In this document: piece by piece, positions 13,743 to 28,191 of the stretch
Position numbering within the stretch: the first letter of the stretch is position 1
How the letters are laid out: every line of letters begins with the position of its first letter
Translations under genes and position numbers: made by a program
Assembly (NCBI RefSeq): GCF_009834535.1
Contig: NC_045696.1
Coordinates: 51,958,001 to 52,022,000, forward strand
DNA length: 64,000 nucleotides
Source of the DNA: Camelus ferus
Taxonomy: Eukaryota
Direction: 5' to 3'
Notes under the pieces: model-generated
What the model was told of the DNA's origin: nothing
What the model saw: only the letters and a program-made list of their open reading frames with translations
Database searches by the model: none

Positions 13743-14614
13743 AAAATAGTCCCATAAGGTTTGTTTGTTTTATTAAGTAGCTTTAAAATACGACCTCTCC
13801 TAATTGTTCTTAGCATTTTATTCAGACAGTTATCAACTTAATCTGGGGAAAGAAGAATCAACTTGGCTTTTTGACAGCCAAGTCAATCCAACTGGAAAAT
13901 TCAAATCCTACAAGAACAGGGCATAGGGAAAATTCTTCATAGCAACATTTTCAACTGCCAACAGAAATCCATAATAACAGAATCATCTTTTTTCTTTGTT
14001 TCTCAAACTCATTTTCTCTAAAAAATATTAATGATGGTATGATGATATTCTTGGATTAAATGAAAGCCATTTACTCTTCATGGTAATAGAAAGTTCTTGT
14101 TCAAGATGGTCAAAACTATAATCTTTTTCTATTCTCATAGAAGTTAGAGATGGCCTTGTCCATGTCTCTATTATATCACTCAATTATATCTCTAAATAGA
14201 AGAATTACATTTTAATTTCATCAATTTTCTATGTTCAGCAATTCACAAATCAACTAAATTATTTGTTTTATTTTTTCATTGGGGAAATTTTTAGGTTAGA
14301 TGATAATGTTATGTAGGAAGCCAAAATGTTGAAAAGGAAGGTGAAGGATATTTTTATATAAGTATTACCATTTCCTTCTACTGATTTCTAAATGACTTCT
14401 GCTATAGAAATGACTTCAGCAGACCACCACTAATTCTGGTGGATGGGAAACAATGCTCTCAAAATTGAGGTAGTAGTAAAATAAATAAATTTACATCAAT
14501 GGAAAAGGAAATGAGAAGGGAAGGAAGAAAGGGATCCTGATACAGAGTTAAAAATATATTTTTGGCCCTTAAAATAATGCTTCCTTAATCTTTCTCCTCT
14601 AAAGAGGAGTAATG

Positions 14615-14775
14615 GAATAGAAAAAGAAAAAGGAAGGAAGGAAGGAGGGAGAGAAGGAGAGATAAAAGGGAGGAAAGAAAGAAGGAAAAGCAAGAAAATA
14701 ATCAAATGATTAAGCATAAAAGCAAGAAATCAAGAAGGTGAGAAAGTAGGAAAGAAGGAAAGAAAAAGAGAAAGC
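14615..14775. repeat. Polypurine (GGAA/GAAA-like) low-complexity tract
   Basis: Direct reading of the sequence. Confidence 0.85.
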
Positions 14776-14949
14776 CATTACAGAGGTACTGTCTCTTCCC
14801 CTTCCCACTGGCTGGCCCTCTAATCTTTACCTACTACCTACTTCAGTTCAAGTGTTTGGGACACAACTGGGGTAGTTGAAAAGGGAATGGGGAAGGAAAA
14901 TTTCTCCCTTCAATTGATACTTACTTAGGTACTAATGCTTGTACTTCAG

Positions 14950-15176
14950 CAGGTCCAAGTGTTTTTCAAGCTCATGTACCACTTTGAGAATAAATAAAAC
15001 TTATGACCCTCTCCAAGGAAGAAAGAAAGGGCACATTCACCAACACATATAAAGTATACATATACATATGCAGACACATACATATGAAGCATTTTCAGAA
15101 GGCTTATATAAACTCTGAACTGATCCCTGCACTCTCTCTCTAACCATCCACTAAGCTCAGTGTAAAGAACCACTGG
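14950..15176. mobile_element. MER103-like hAT-Charlie relic
   Basis: ccactttgagaat...ttatgaccctctcc...catacatat...aaagaaccactg resembles MER103C. Confidence 0.55.
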
Positions 15177-16771
15177 TCCTAGAATCTGAACCAAGACAAA
15201 ATAAATAGGGGAGGGGAGGGACTTGGAGAAATGAAAATGGGACATAAAACAACAGACCAACAAACACATGCATTAAAAAGTGTACCTTGTCTCTATGTCA
15301 ATCCTTAAGCTTCTGATTCTTTTCATCATTTTTGGAACTTAGAACAAGAAAGACTATGATTTGACTAATGAAATATTTAATTAACAAAAATAAAGTATGC
15401 AGCAAGATATATAATATTTTAGTGATTCTGCAGGTCTTTAATCAGTAATTTTACATTCCTACTTGCTAACTGCCTCTGATAGTACACTGACATCCAGTAC
15501 CGTGCTGATTTTGAATATCAGCTCTAACATTTACAATAGCGTTGAAAACCAAGGCTACTTAATATTGTGAATAGCAACTAATCAGACACGTAAGAAATTA
15601 TATGGAGACTTGGCAACAGATCTGAAAAAAAAAACAAATAAAAAAAAATAAACCAATTTCAACATTTTAACCAGACTGCATATATTTGAGAATATAGACC
15701 ATGTCTTAACTATAATAATGAGAATTGCTTAAATTTCCTAAAACTTAATGTTTTTCATAGTACTTCACAATCTTTAAATGCCTTAAAGCATCTTTATCTC
15801 GTCCAATTTGGACACGAATTCTGGAAAGTAGATGGGAGAGATATCATCTTTATTCAAGTGAGGAAACCGAGGATATATGTGATTAACTGATAGTATCATA
15901 TACCTAACATGTGGCAAAAGCAAAGATGAGAACTCAGGAATTTTGACTACTTATTCAATAATTTTTCTGCTATCCTACACTGCACTCAAAAAATGCTCAT
16001 TACACATGACTTATTTAGGCACTTATGTTGTCTAACTTTGGAAATGAAGACAATGCTGTATTTCCTCACCTGAGTTCATATACATGACACTTGTTTCCCA
16101 CACTGCGATTCTGCGGATGGCACACAGTGAAATAAAAAGTATTTAGGTATTTTAGAGGTGCACATAGATACATTTAAAAGTAAACAGCATATGTTATGGG
16201 TACTTTCTATACAGGGGTACATGTATAAATGTGTGTCCATGTGTGGGAATTAATGCTTGTTTACTCATCCCATTAGAAAACAATACTGTCAAATTTGTAC
16301 TTTACTATTGATCTTGCATTTCGTAGTGCTGCACGTTGACACCTAATTTATAAATCAAATAGACACAGATACATGAACAGCATAGAACATATTTTGAGAA
16401 AAAATATAAATATACATACATTTACCTTCAACTGTCCTTCCTGTTAGTTGATAAGTGATTACTTAAATTGGATTTATTAAATTAGAAGTAAAAACTGACT
16501 TTTAAAAATATATCAGTATATTTTCAATCTTCTGTTGTAATTAGAGTCCAAAATTTAATTATTATTAAAGTTTTATAATTTAATTGTCCTTATACTTTCT
16601 GTTTTCACTTTTAGCTGGAAAATTCTCCTTCCTACTTTATATTTTAATTTAAGATATATAGTCTTATATTAAAACAAATAAGATGGTAGACTGCTAGGAT
16701 GAACTCATTTCTTCCTTGAGGAAAGGGTATACCAGAAATTATAATCTAGTGGATTTATCTGCATTTATCAC

Positions 16772-16839
16772 CTTTTTAAATTGAAGTATAGTCAGTTACA
16801 ATGTGTCAATTTGTGGTGTACAGCATAATGTCCCAGTCA

Positions 16840-16879
<40 letters not shown>

Positions 16880-17106
16880 GACTTGTTTTCATATTCTTTT
16901 TCATTAAAGGTTATTACAAGATCCTGAATATAGTTTCCTTTGCTATACAGAAGAAATATGTTTTTTATCTATTTTTATATATAGTGGTTAACATTTGCAA
17001 ATCTCAAACTCCCAAATTTATCCCTTCCCACCCTCTTTCCCCTGGTAACCATAAGATTGTTTACTATGTCTGTGAGTCTATTTCTGTTTTGTAGACAAGT
17101 TCACTT
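16772..17106 (-). mobile_element. Lineage-specific (camelid-like) L1 3' UTR fragment containing an expanded (TA)n
   Basis: tttttaaattgaagtatagtcagttacaatgtgtcaatt...ccctggtaaccataag...gtctgtgagtctatttctg shares 3' UTR motifs with the L1 at 54.1-54.4 kb; probable TSD acctttttaa (16770-16779)/acctctttaa (17107-17116); (TA)n at ~16843-16875. Confidence 0.85.
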
Positions 17107-17939
17107 ACCTCTTTAATAGTCAAAGGAAACCTTACATCCATATATCAGAGCCCACCTTGAGCAAAACTGTGAAGTGTAGATGAACTTCATCACTAGTTCC
17201 TATTTCTTATCTCCCTTTGACCTTGCTTCCTATTGACCTTCTTAGCCCTTCCGACAAACTTATCAAAAGATTTATTTCTATTCCCTTTTCTCTGGCATGC
17301 TAGAACTTTCCACTTTAATTTTGGCTATAAATTGAGGTCCTTACTCAACTTGGATTCCTGCTACTGCATCCTTAGCCCACCTTGCCAACCTCTGAATCGA
17401 AATGTTGCAATGTATCTGACCTTATGTCATGCCTTCACTTACCAGATCACACTCTCTCAGATACCAGTGAGAGACGAGATTTTACAGTTTTCTGGCAAGT
17501 TATGACTGCATTTTTCTCAGCTCACCATGTAAACCATCTCTATTAATATTTTAGTAATCCCATTTCTGTGTCACTCAATCTTGGCTTACTTCCCTTTCCC
17601 AGCTGGGCTACCACTGTGGTGCTACCATGCTTTGTGGAGAATAAAAGGGGGTCAATGAATAAAATCTGTACCGTAAGACAGAAAACCTCCAGATTAGCTC
17701 AGGCTCTAATGGTCGACTTAGTTTCTTCTGTGCCCCAGTTGTTCTATTTATCAAGTGAGGGAAAAAAAAAAAGAGACCACTCTTTACCATGAGATGTATG
17801 AGGTTAAAAAAGTTTTTTAGGAGAAAACCTACTAATACATTTAAAAGTATTCATACTATCTGCATCTTGAGCAAAAAAAAAATACTCAGAGTAGTCTAGA
17901 AATAAATAATGGAAGTGACCCATTCTTCTACAATCCATC

Positions 17940-18523
17940 TACAGTAGGCATAATAAGCATCCCAAAAGTACCCACTCCCTGAAATGCAGAACCTCCAAAA
18001 TGTTTTGTTACATAGAAAAAGGAATTGGCAGATGTAATTAAGGTTATGGATCTTCAAATAGGGAGAGCCTCCTAGATTATCCAGGTGGGCCCCATCTAAT
18101 TACCTTAAAAGCTGAGAACTTTTTCTGGCTTGAATTTGGAAAAGAGATGTGGTATAAGGGAAAGTCAGAGAGATCCCAAGGGTGAGAATGATCAAGGGAT
18201 TCTGGTTTATACAAAGATACAGGGGCTGATGTGTAAAAAGCTAAAGATGGCCTCCAGCTGACAGCCAGCAAAAAAAAAAAAAAAAAAAAAAAGGAGATCT
18301 TAGTCCTTCAACAACAAGGAACTGAATGAGGATTCTTCCCAGAGCCTCCAGTTAAGAACCCAGCAATATCACACCACTCTGGTCTTGTGAAACCTAGAGC
18401 AGACAAATTGGTTGAGCCAACCCAAACTTCTGATCTGCATAACTATGAAATCATAAATTTGTGGTGTTAGAAGCTGCTAAATTTGTGATCATCTGTTACA
18501 GCCACAATACAAATGTAAAATAC
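17940..18523 (+). mobile_element. ERVL-MaLR solo LTR, MLT1E-like, with an internal poly(A) expansion
   Basis: ggcagatgtaattaaggtta...gattatccaggtgggccccatctaat...ccagctgacagccagcaa...aagctgctaaatttgtg are MLT1E-family motifs. Confidence 0.85.
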
Positions 18524-21329
18524 CATTCTAGTTCAGTGGCCAATAGATACAACAGTTTATATGGTGAAGAGCTGGAACAAGAACCACTGTTATAAACACA
18601 GAAAGTTCTTGGTACTACAAACATTTTTTCCCTTGATTTTCCTTTTTTTCAATCATATCCCCAGAGAAAGTGAAATCACAAAGGACTGAAGGACAAACAT
18701 TACAAGGAGTGTATATCTACTTAAATGCCAAATGTATATCTACTAAATGCCAAGTCCTCACCAAGGAGCTTCACAAATAGGCCTTTTGCTCAGAGGCAAG
18801 AATAGGACACTAACAGTGCTACATTACTCATACCAACTAAATACACTGTCTTGAAAACGAAAAAGAAAAATCTGAGATTAGGTCAAAGGATTATAAAGAC
18901 ATGATAATAATGGCCATTTAAGGGATAATGCAAAAAGACAAAAAAAAAAAAATCCAAGCAAACATATCCAAAATTGACAGATCATAAGTATACTAGGGTG
19001 TAGTTGTCCCACTATACAAGTTGTCTTCTAACCATACATTTAAGGGAAATTATTTTCAAAACTACAATTACATGTTTTTACATGGCATCAATAGAGCTAC
19101 TTTTCAAATGTCGTTTCCAAAATTAATTTTCTTTCTTATTCACATTTTTTGCACAGCCAGATTCTGGCTTTGACAGAACAAAAAACTATTGGAGGAAAGG
19201 CAGCAATTTCCAATGATGTTTCAGCATGGGAGGTTTAGAGAACTTGACCTTTGAAGATATACTCAAGTTCAAAACCTAAAACTTTTTAAGGTATAACAAC
19301 TCACTGAAAACAGATACTTTTCTAATCAACTAGAAATGATTCTCACAGTAAAGGGTAAACTCTTAGCAGGTTATACATGTTCTACTTTATAATTATATCA
19401 CAGTATGAAATACAAACAAAAAATAGGCAGAAAAACAAATATAGTGATTAAAAATTACTGTAGAAACAGGATAAAGTAGTTGTTTTTTTGTTTTTTTCTG
19501 TAGAGACAGGAAATACATGAGGTAAAAATTACTAACATCACACTTAGCAGCTTTCTTTTTGTGTTCCATGAGGCCACAACAGGAAGTGTAACTCTAGCGG
19601 CCTGGTTAAGACCCCTGCAGGATGAAGACCAGGTGAGAAAAAATACTCACCTTCCTCTTCTTTTGAACATCACATTCTGCTTACTATAGGTCTCTGAAAA
19701 CTTATTAAAAACTTTGGCCATCTTAGGAAGAGATATCATAATTTTGAGGGTCTTTGAGTCTCATGCACAGCAAATTAATCTCCATTTTGTTTGTCCCAAT
19801 TTAGTATTTCTAAAGGGGGTGGATAATAATAAATCCCGCCAACTTTCTTTTTAGGGCTATTCAGATACTAAATAAACCAGGAACATTTTAAAATGCAATC
19901 TCACAAAAATCTGGTTTGCTTAACCTTCTATCCTTCTTTAAAAAATAAGAAAGGCATGATGTTCTTTTTTGTTGTTAATTAATTCATTTTAGACAATTCC
20001 TTAAATTTTCATTTTAATAAATTTTTGTGTGGGTGCATTAATTACTTTCAAAGACGCTTTACAATGGTTACCTATTAAAAGCCTTTGTTACTGAATGAAA
20101 AAAAAAGGGAAAAAAAAAACCTTCCAGCATGCCCCCTCCCTTCTCCATTCTGAGCAGGTCCTTGCTATCAACTGCTGGAGTATGCTCGCTTTGCACCTAG
20201 AGCTATAATTATTTTGCTTTAATTTTACAAAACCTTTTGTTCCATTCCCACGAGCCCACCTGATCCTTATATTACACTTGCTCTATTAAAACACTCATGC
20301 AGAACAAAGCATGGCTGTACTGATTCATAAGTAACTTTTTTCTCCGTAAAATGCCACTGGCTAGGGTTCGGGATATAGTCCTGGGCTTCACCCTTCTCTG
20401 CCAATTTTCATGTGTTAGAGAGAAAAAAAAAATCCTGTTTCAGAGTGTTGTATTCTTCCCAAATATTCTTTCTTTGTTCCGCTGGTTTTTGTGTGTTTTT
20501 AAAAGTAATTTGTTGTACTTAATTTTACCCTGCTGCAATATAAGTGATACGATGTTAAGGATGGTGGGTATGCTGAAGGATTGTAATCATGTTGAGATTT
20601 CTTTTATTCATACGGTTAGGATCTTTTAAAAATCACTTTGGTTGCCTTCATTAATGTTCCTTTTCTCTCCTTACTCCGCCCCTTTTCCTTGAGATCTTGC
20701 AACACATGTGGGCTTTTGGCAGAAAAAAATTGCAGTGACTCATCAAGAGAATTGTTTGTTTGCTCTAAGGAGCACCCTGAGGACCCTCTGGGCTGCACAC
20801 GGAGCCCTTTGATCCTAGGAAATTTATTTCTTCCAGATGTTTTCCCCACAGCCACCTTTCTGCAATGTCCCTCTTCATTATGTAGCATAAGAATAAACAC
20901 TCAAGACCCACTGCCACAGCATACAGTTTTCCTGAATGGATTGTGACACGGAGCTGACATTTGATTGAGCCATTGGATTCTCCTTGCCTTAGGCACAATG
21001 ATGGAGGAAGGTTAACGCTGAGGAAGGCAGAATTGGGTCTCTTCAGACAAACGCCCTTAGAATTAAGATGGAAATTATGTGACTCAGGCCAAAGAAAATA
21101 TACAAATCTGCAGACCACGGCTCATGGACTCTCCCTCATGCAATCCTGTAGTCTTAATGCTTAGATCTGTCATGTTACTTGCCTATTTGTTCAATCTAAA
21201 GTAGAGAGTGAATAGGCAAATGAAATCTTTAGACATCTCTCATATTTTCTCGGTCTGGCTGAGGATACTAGTAGAAATAAGAAGGGAGGGCAAGGCAGGA
21301 GATGGAAGCCAGGTGCATGGGGGAACCGG

Positions 21330-21809
21330 TGTGCTGGGCTATAGGATGCCCTCCCCCAAATAACAGGCACATCCAAGTCCCTAGAATCTCTGTGTGTTAC
21401 CTTGTATGGAAAAAATGACTTTGAAGATTTAATTAAGTTAAGGATTTTAAGATGGGGAGACTATCCTGGATTATCTAGATAGGCCCTAAATGTAATCGGA
21501 TGTATCATTATAAGAAGGAGGTTTCCCACCCAGGAGGAAGAGCAAGTCAACTGACCATGGAAGCAGAGATTGAAGTGGTGCAGCCACAAGCCAAGAAATG
21601 CTGACAGGGACCAGAGGCTGGAAAAAACAAGGAAACACACTCTCTCCTAAATCCTCTAGAAGGAGCAAAGCCTTGCCAACACCTCGATCTCAGCCCTCTG
21701 TTACTGATTTTGGACTTCTGGCCTCCAGAATTGTGAGAGAAGAAATTTCTGATATATTAAGTCACCAAGTTTGTAGTAATGTGTTACATAGCCACAGGAA
21801 ACTAATACA
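21330..21809 (+). mobile_element. ERVL-MaLR solo LTR, MLT1D-like
   Basis: TG...CA ends; aattaagttaaggattttaagatggggagactatcctggattatc; gacttctggcctccagaattgtgagagaa; ends caggaaactaataca. Confidence 0.9.
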
Positions 21810-24754
21810 GATGGTAACTGTTTCAAGACCCCATTGTTCAGCACATTCCTGAAATCACCGAAGTCTCGGGCTGAAGGAAGAGGGGAAAAAAGGGTGCCCG
21901 AACTGAAGGCCAAATTCTTCATGGAGATACTGTAGTTCTTAAGGGGATTTGTCAACTAAGCAAGTTGAGAATGAAAGTAAACATGGCAAATGGAATATAT
22001 GAGGTCATTTAACAGCTTTTACAGATTGTAAATGTAAATTCTCCAATTTTCTAATACTAATTTGCATATTTTATGAAGTAGGGCAAATCTATTGCATTTT
22101 CCTTTTAAAATAAATGTTTATATATAATGTATTAGCAGTCAGTTTTTCCCCTGTATGATCAGTATAACATGACGAGCTACAGCAAGAATCGATCTGGCCT
22201 GTATATAATATTTTTGGCACATATGGACTGTGCTATGAAAGTGAAGCTCTTCTTTCTGCACTTGAGGTAACTTTTCTTTAGCTATTCAAAGTACAAACAA
22301 TTTTAAAATATTAACTTAAAGATAATTTGGAACCTAAACCCAAGAATTTTCAAATAGATGTATTAAAATAATAACTTAAATCTGGAAAAGTCCAACAGGA
22401 AAATGACTATTATGTGACCAAACTGCTTAGTTTATCACTTTCCCTGGTTCATCATTAAAAATCAATAGCAACTGCAAATTAAAAAGGACAAGGAAGACGC
22501 CTCAACTCCCATGATTCTTTTAGCCACAGAGCTTTTCAACAACCAAACCATTGAACTTCATAATCAACACGAGGTTAGTAAACACAGACCACTGATACAG
22601 ATGAAGAAATAAAGTCCTAGAGTGCCTAAAGAGATTCTAGATAAATCAGCAAATGAGAGGAACTGAGAAAATCAAGTAGAAATGTTGACTCTATTCTCAA
22701 GTACCTTTAAAAAGTAAATAGAGACTGAGTTCTTTTTTTGAAGATAATACTCTAATGTAAAAGATGGTCATTTTTTTTTGCTACTTTCATATAATTACCA
22801 GTAAGCATTTATTTGGTAGTAGGTTTAAAAACAGAAAAATACAATACTCTATTTTTTTAACAAAATAAACAAATGATAAACTGATGATTAACACAACTAT
22901 TACACTGAAGAAATACATCCTAAGGCATTCAAAGAAGGAGGCTAAAGAAACTGGTAGCTGTCCCCATGCACCTACATTTGGGGAGCTTGAACAATGAGAA
23001 TCTCCCTGCATTCCTTCTCCACTTCCCACTGCTACCAGCTATATCCTGACCTGAGGCAGTTCAAGCTCTTAGGACTTCAGAGTTTCCCTATCTGGAGTAG
23101 AGGGCAACAATGCAAACTCCACCTTCACACTCCCATGTCTTATTGTTTTATTGGCTTTAACACTATGTACACCTTGTCTTTGGAAGAACAGAATGCCTAT
23201 CTTGGCTTTGAGTATAGTGCAGGTTTTCATAGTATCCTTTAATTATAATTACTCTTTACTCATTTATTAACCCTTCCAACAACATAGGAGGCAACTGATA
23301 ACATTCCCATTTGTCACCCTCCCACTTGTTTTTAGGAGTTCCTACAGGGCAGGGAATATGTTTTTCTTTTAACTAGCTCCCCTTAGGTCTACAACACCTA
23401 GTAAATTCTTAGGGTGTAACTAGCTTACATAGAACTCAAGGCACAGAATGGGTGGCCAGGATCAGTGGGAACTGGTCCATTTGGCTTTGCAAATTTTGTA
23501 ATAAAACGCCACGTGCTGAAGAGATAAGCCATAAAATATATAGTTTTTTAATCCTAATACAAAAGTACCTTAACTCAATTAGTACAAATTATGATCCAGA
23601 AAGCTAATAATTGCCCTGTTTCATAACAAATACACTGAGTCATAACAAATATAGGAGGATGAATTTAGTATAATATGCTGTGATGGGGAAATGGTTGAGA
23701 TGAAAGGAGCTTTAAAACACAAGAGTCAAGGACATTTGGGAATATATAAGATGTAGGTACCTTTTAAATGAACAAATACTTGTCTCTGGTGTTTTACTCA
23801 TCATGTTTCTGGGATTGAATTAATCAAAGTCCCAGGCTGTAAGTTATTTAGTATATGTTTCCAATAAATACCCTTTGATTATGCATTTAGATCTTCAAAA
23901 TGGGTAGATTTATACAGACCCTTTTACACAGGCAAATTAAATACACATTAAGTGTAAAGTTAATGTATTTTTCTTTGAAGCAGTGAATTTTTAAAAATCA
24001 GTAATGAATAAAACTAGACTTTAAATTCTGGATAAAAATGTTCTACATCATGACTATTATGATGTGTCTTGGTTACAGATTACTCATATTTTTTCTTAAT
24101 AAAATGGGATCTCCATCAAATATATAGATAGATCATAGAGTCTTCCCATAGGGACCTATCCAATCCAAAATGAGGGATCTAATCCAATCCCTCATTTTAC
24201 AGATGAAGAAACAATATGTGAGTATTTTAATAAAGCCTACCTTAATATTTGCATTGAGACAAAACAGCTGTTACATGAAGAAAGAAACAGAAAAGACTTA
24301 ACAACTGAAGGTTGATGAAAGAGAGGAAAGAGAAAAGAGCAGAGCTTTTCACTGGAGTAGAGCACTAAGCAGAGATGCGTTCTCTAATATGCATCCAGGT
24401 CTTTGCTGGAGACAAGCTTAAATATTACAAAGATGGTAGCACCCATTTTTTTAAAGAATTGCTTAGATTATTAACATATAAACAGTTTAGACAGACTTAC
24501 CTCTAGGGAATCATATAACTTATCACAAACAAACATGTTTTGTATTTCTAATGTGGTAACTGTCCATTCATTCATTTTGCATATCACCTCTCACTTCCCC
24601 AACATACATGCAAATTGCAGGGAAACACAAACACCACTGCTAAAATCTATTTTAGGATAAAGATTATCCTCTCAAAAACAAAGAAAATGTGAATACTTTA
24701 TATGGTTATAGAAAGATAAATTTTAATTTGGATACTTGCTACTAAGAACTATAT

Positions 24755-24995
24755 ATACTTGTTGAAAGTGTAGGCTCTGGAATCAGACTTCCTGGGACTG
24801 AATCTTAGCTTTGCCACCTAGTTGACTTTGGGCGACTTTATTCCTCTCTCTGCCTCAATTTCAGGCCAGTAAAATCAGATAACAATAGTCACTATTTAAA
24901 AGAGCAGTAGTGAGGATATAATAATAGAACTCTACATATAAATCTCTTATAACAGGGACTGGCACATAGTCATTACTCAGTAAAGAGCTGTTACT
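24755..24995 (+). mobile_element. MIR SINE
   Basis: ggctctggaatcagacttcctggg...tgactttgggc...ctctctgcctcaattt...ctggcacatagt...ctcagtaaa. Confidence 0.8.
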
Positions 24996-26269
24996 ACTAA
25001 TATGTACAAGCCTATTAAACATTTTCAAGGGTAAAGGTATTCTCATTAATGAGACTTGTTTAAGTACTCTGTGTTTCAATTTGTTGCTTAATTTAATTCA
25101 TACCAATATTCTATCTTAGCATGAATAATGAAATAATATGAGGAAAAGTCTCGGTTTGGTTTACCTAGATGTCTTCGAGACAGGGATTATCATCCTTTTA
25201 AAAGGAATAAGCTAAAAGGCTGCACTTGATTCTGGCTTAAAGCAACTGAGATGTGTCTCTTAAAAGGTAAAGGAGAAAATGAAAGAGAAGGAGAGGCTTT
25301 GCAAGATGCGTATATCTTCTGTTGTCATGGGGAACATGAGAGAACACTCTCAGAGGAAAGTGAAGGTGCGAATGCCCCACTGTATGACCCACAGTATCTG
25401 ATACATGTCTCCAAGTAACAAACTGTCTACTGTGTAATTACCATTTTCCATATTTTGTTCTCTGATTATACAGTGATCCACTTGAAGACAAAAATTGTTC
25501 CATTCAATTTTGTTCAACAGTTGCTCAATAAAATATTCACTGAATGAATGAGAACTAGTTAATTAATAACAACTACTACTCCAGTAGTAGTTAGCAGTCC
25601 CAGAGGGAGAACTAAGACTCTGTGACCAATGGAGGGAACTGCTGAGGTAGAAGCCACTGGTCATTATGGTCTGGCAATGAGTGTCTGATCTCTGTGCTGG
25701 GAACAAATGCTCTCAGTAAGAATAAAATACTTCTGAAGTTTAAACTTGTATAAGTTTTGTGAGTCTTATTCCCCTATAACTTTCTTTTTTTTTAAAAAAA
25801 ATGCTTTTCAAATATTTTAGAATCTACTTTGTAGCACTTTACAAGGCAGAAGAACTAAGCACAAATGGGGAGCAAATGTAATCAGACTAATAAACCATGG
25901 TAAAAGTCTGTAAGTAATTATCACAACAGATAATGTGCGATGGAAGATCAGAGAATGAGTATTTATAGCTGAGGGAACGAAGGTAATTTTAATAGAGAGA
26001 GTAATATTTGAGCTTAATCTTGATGCAAACACTTAATCTAAATCTGTGAAAATAGAGCATTATATCTTTAATTTGGAAATTGACTGATGTGCAGAAATAA
26101 GTGGAAATATCTGTGAATGAATTACATAAACATCAAAGGCATTCCTTTGTATTTGTATAGTACTCAAGTATCAGTATACAGTACATGGCTATTAGTTGAT
26201 ACATATGTCCTTTAATGGCAACGGTCTAGTAAATGAAATAATAATAATGTCCCTAAGAAATATCATCCA

Positions 26270-26480
26270 TTCATGAATAATCATTCATCCATTCATTCAT
26301 TCAACCTAATGTGAGAACCTACTGTTATATCAGACTTTGAACTGTGCTGAGTACATTGGATAACATGGTGATCATGACAGAATAGGTGCTCTGCCCAAAA
26401 CATAGATTTGGACAATTAAATTAATAAGTACAACATGATGCATTCTATGTTAGATGAAGAAGTGGGTGTTATGGGAATAC
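26270..26480 (-). mobile_element. L2 3' fragment
   Basis: (TTCA)n-like tail cattcattcattcaac followed by L2-like sequence. Confidence 0.65.
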
Positions 26481-27892
26481 ATACTTGTAAGCTATTTATG
26501 CTTTAACTCATTCCAGAAATGTGGCAGAACTATATTTGGAAAAATATTAAGTGCTAGTGGTTTTTATTGACCTTGAATTTCTTATGATTTGGTCTTGTTT
26601 AAATCTGCAGAGAAGATTGCCACATGTGGGTCTTATGCACACTGCTTGTTATTCAAAATTTTGCCTTTTGAACTACCTATCTAATTATGGATACATCAAG
26701 CAGAAATAAATTTATTTTCCTAATTTCTTTAAGACTCAACATGGTAGCATTTTTCCTACTTCAGGGTTTCTTTTTCTGTTAAGGTACGTCTTTTATTATA
26801 AATGACAGTAACCTCAGGAAGATGACTATGATGATGTATGAAACAGAAAAAAAATGCTTTCTTTTGTGAGATTATATTTACAGGCCTGAGAAAAGTAAAA
26901 TCTTGCTTGAACCAGTAAATTAAACAAACATAACATAGGAGACACAGAGGAAGCAATTACAGGCAACACCAATTCTTAGTTTAATAAGTAAAGGTTTGAG
27001 TTGGTCTTTTTGTTGTGTTTCTTCCTCAAATCCAAGCCATAACCTATACCCTATAACAAATATTTCTCCCCAAATTGTCAACCTCACAGTGGCTCTGTCT
27101 TAGAAGCCAAAATTCTAGATTTATTAAAGCAGAAAACATGCTGCCCTCCTTCATTTCAACTCTCAGGGAAGAATAAAGCTGTATTCTTTTTTCTTTTCTT
27201 TGCATGAGAAGTATAGTTAACTAGAGCTCTACGGTCTAGAGGACTAACAGGGTAAAATACTAAATGATCCAATACATTGGGCATTTATCTCACTGGATTT
27301 CATCTAGTTCAGCATCATGGCTTTGTAGTCCAAGCAGCAGATGAAGAGCATCAATAAACTGGGCAAATAATGTTTTATGTGAATAGCTTAGAAAAGAATG
27401 AACAGAAATACAACACTTTGCCATCGCACAGAATACAATTAAGTATGATTATTTTAAAAAAAACAAACAGCAGCTGACTCTCTGCTCTATCATTGAAAGA
27501 ATATGATCAGTTCAAGTAGCCTTAAAAATGGTGAAACTGTCCTCAGGACACACAGGATGAGAGAACAAAAGGGTCTCATTCTCATCTGTTGGACTCAGGG
27601 CAGGTGTGGCTGTCATTTAAGTGTTCTGTGTTTAAGTTTTTCTATCAATACTATAAATTATGCATGTATGTTTGTATTTTAGAAGTACATTTTTTTTTCA
27701 TTAACTCGTGGAACTATTGTAAAGAAGGATGAACAAATCATGCTGCAAAAATGAGAATGTGAATAAATGTCAATTCTTCCCCAGATCTGAGATAAGATAC
27801 CCTCACTCCTATTATAAGAAAAGGAGGAATAGGATGTGAATTAATTCCTTCTCTTTAGGATATCCTACTAATTGAATACACTGACAGTAATT

Positions 27893-28095
27893 ATAACAAT
27901 AAGTAACAGTTATTAGAGCACTAACCATGTGCAAGGCAGCGTTGTAATCATTTCAGTCACAGTGACTTATTTAATGCTCACAACAGCACTACATGACAAA
28001 TAAAGAAACTGAAACAAAGAGAAGTGAAGTAAGGTCAACAGACTTAGTAAAAGGTGGAGTTAGGATTCAAACCAGACACTCCAGAGCCCACCCAA
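27893..28095 (-). mobile_element. MIR SINE fragment
   Basis: ttattagagcactaaccatgtgcaaggc...gaaactgaaacaaagagaagtgaagtaa...ggagttaggattcaaaccag. Confidence 0.75.
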
Positions 28096-28191
28096 TATTA
28101 CAATATTCTGACCGAAAGAGATGAAACGGATCTAACCAATACCTTGGGAATATCATTCAGCTTTTCTGAATTTCAGGTCCTTCGTCTAGGA

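Noticed and set aside
13570..13816. Lys/Glu-rich and Phe/Ser-rich ORFs
   Set aside because: Translations of a polypurine simple repeat; the same applies to ORFs at 14496, 36118, 39285 and 49280.
18710..18753. Short tandem duplications (also ~23620, ~29690 and ~37800) superficially like repeat-spacer arrays
   Set aside because: Only two or three copies with no unique spacers; ordinary slippage, and the DNA is eukaryotic, so not CRISPR.
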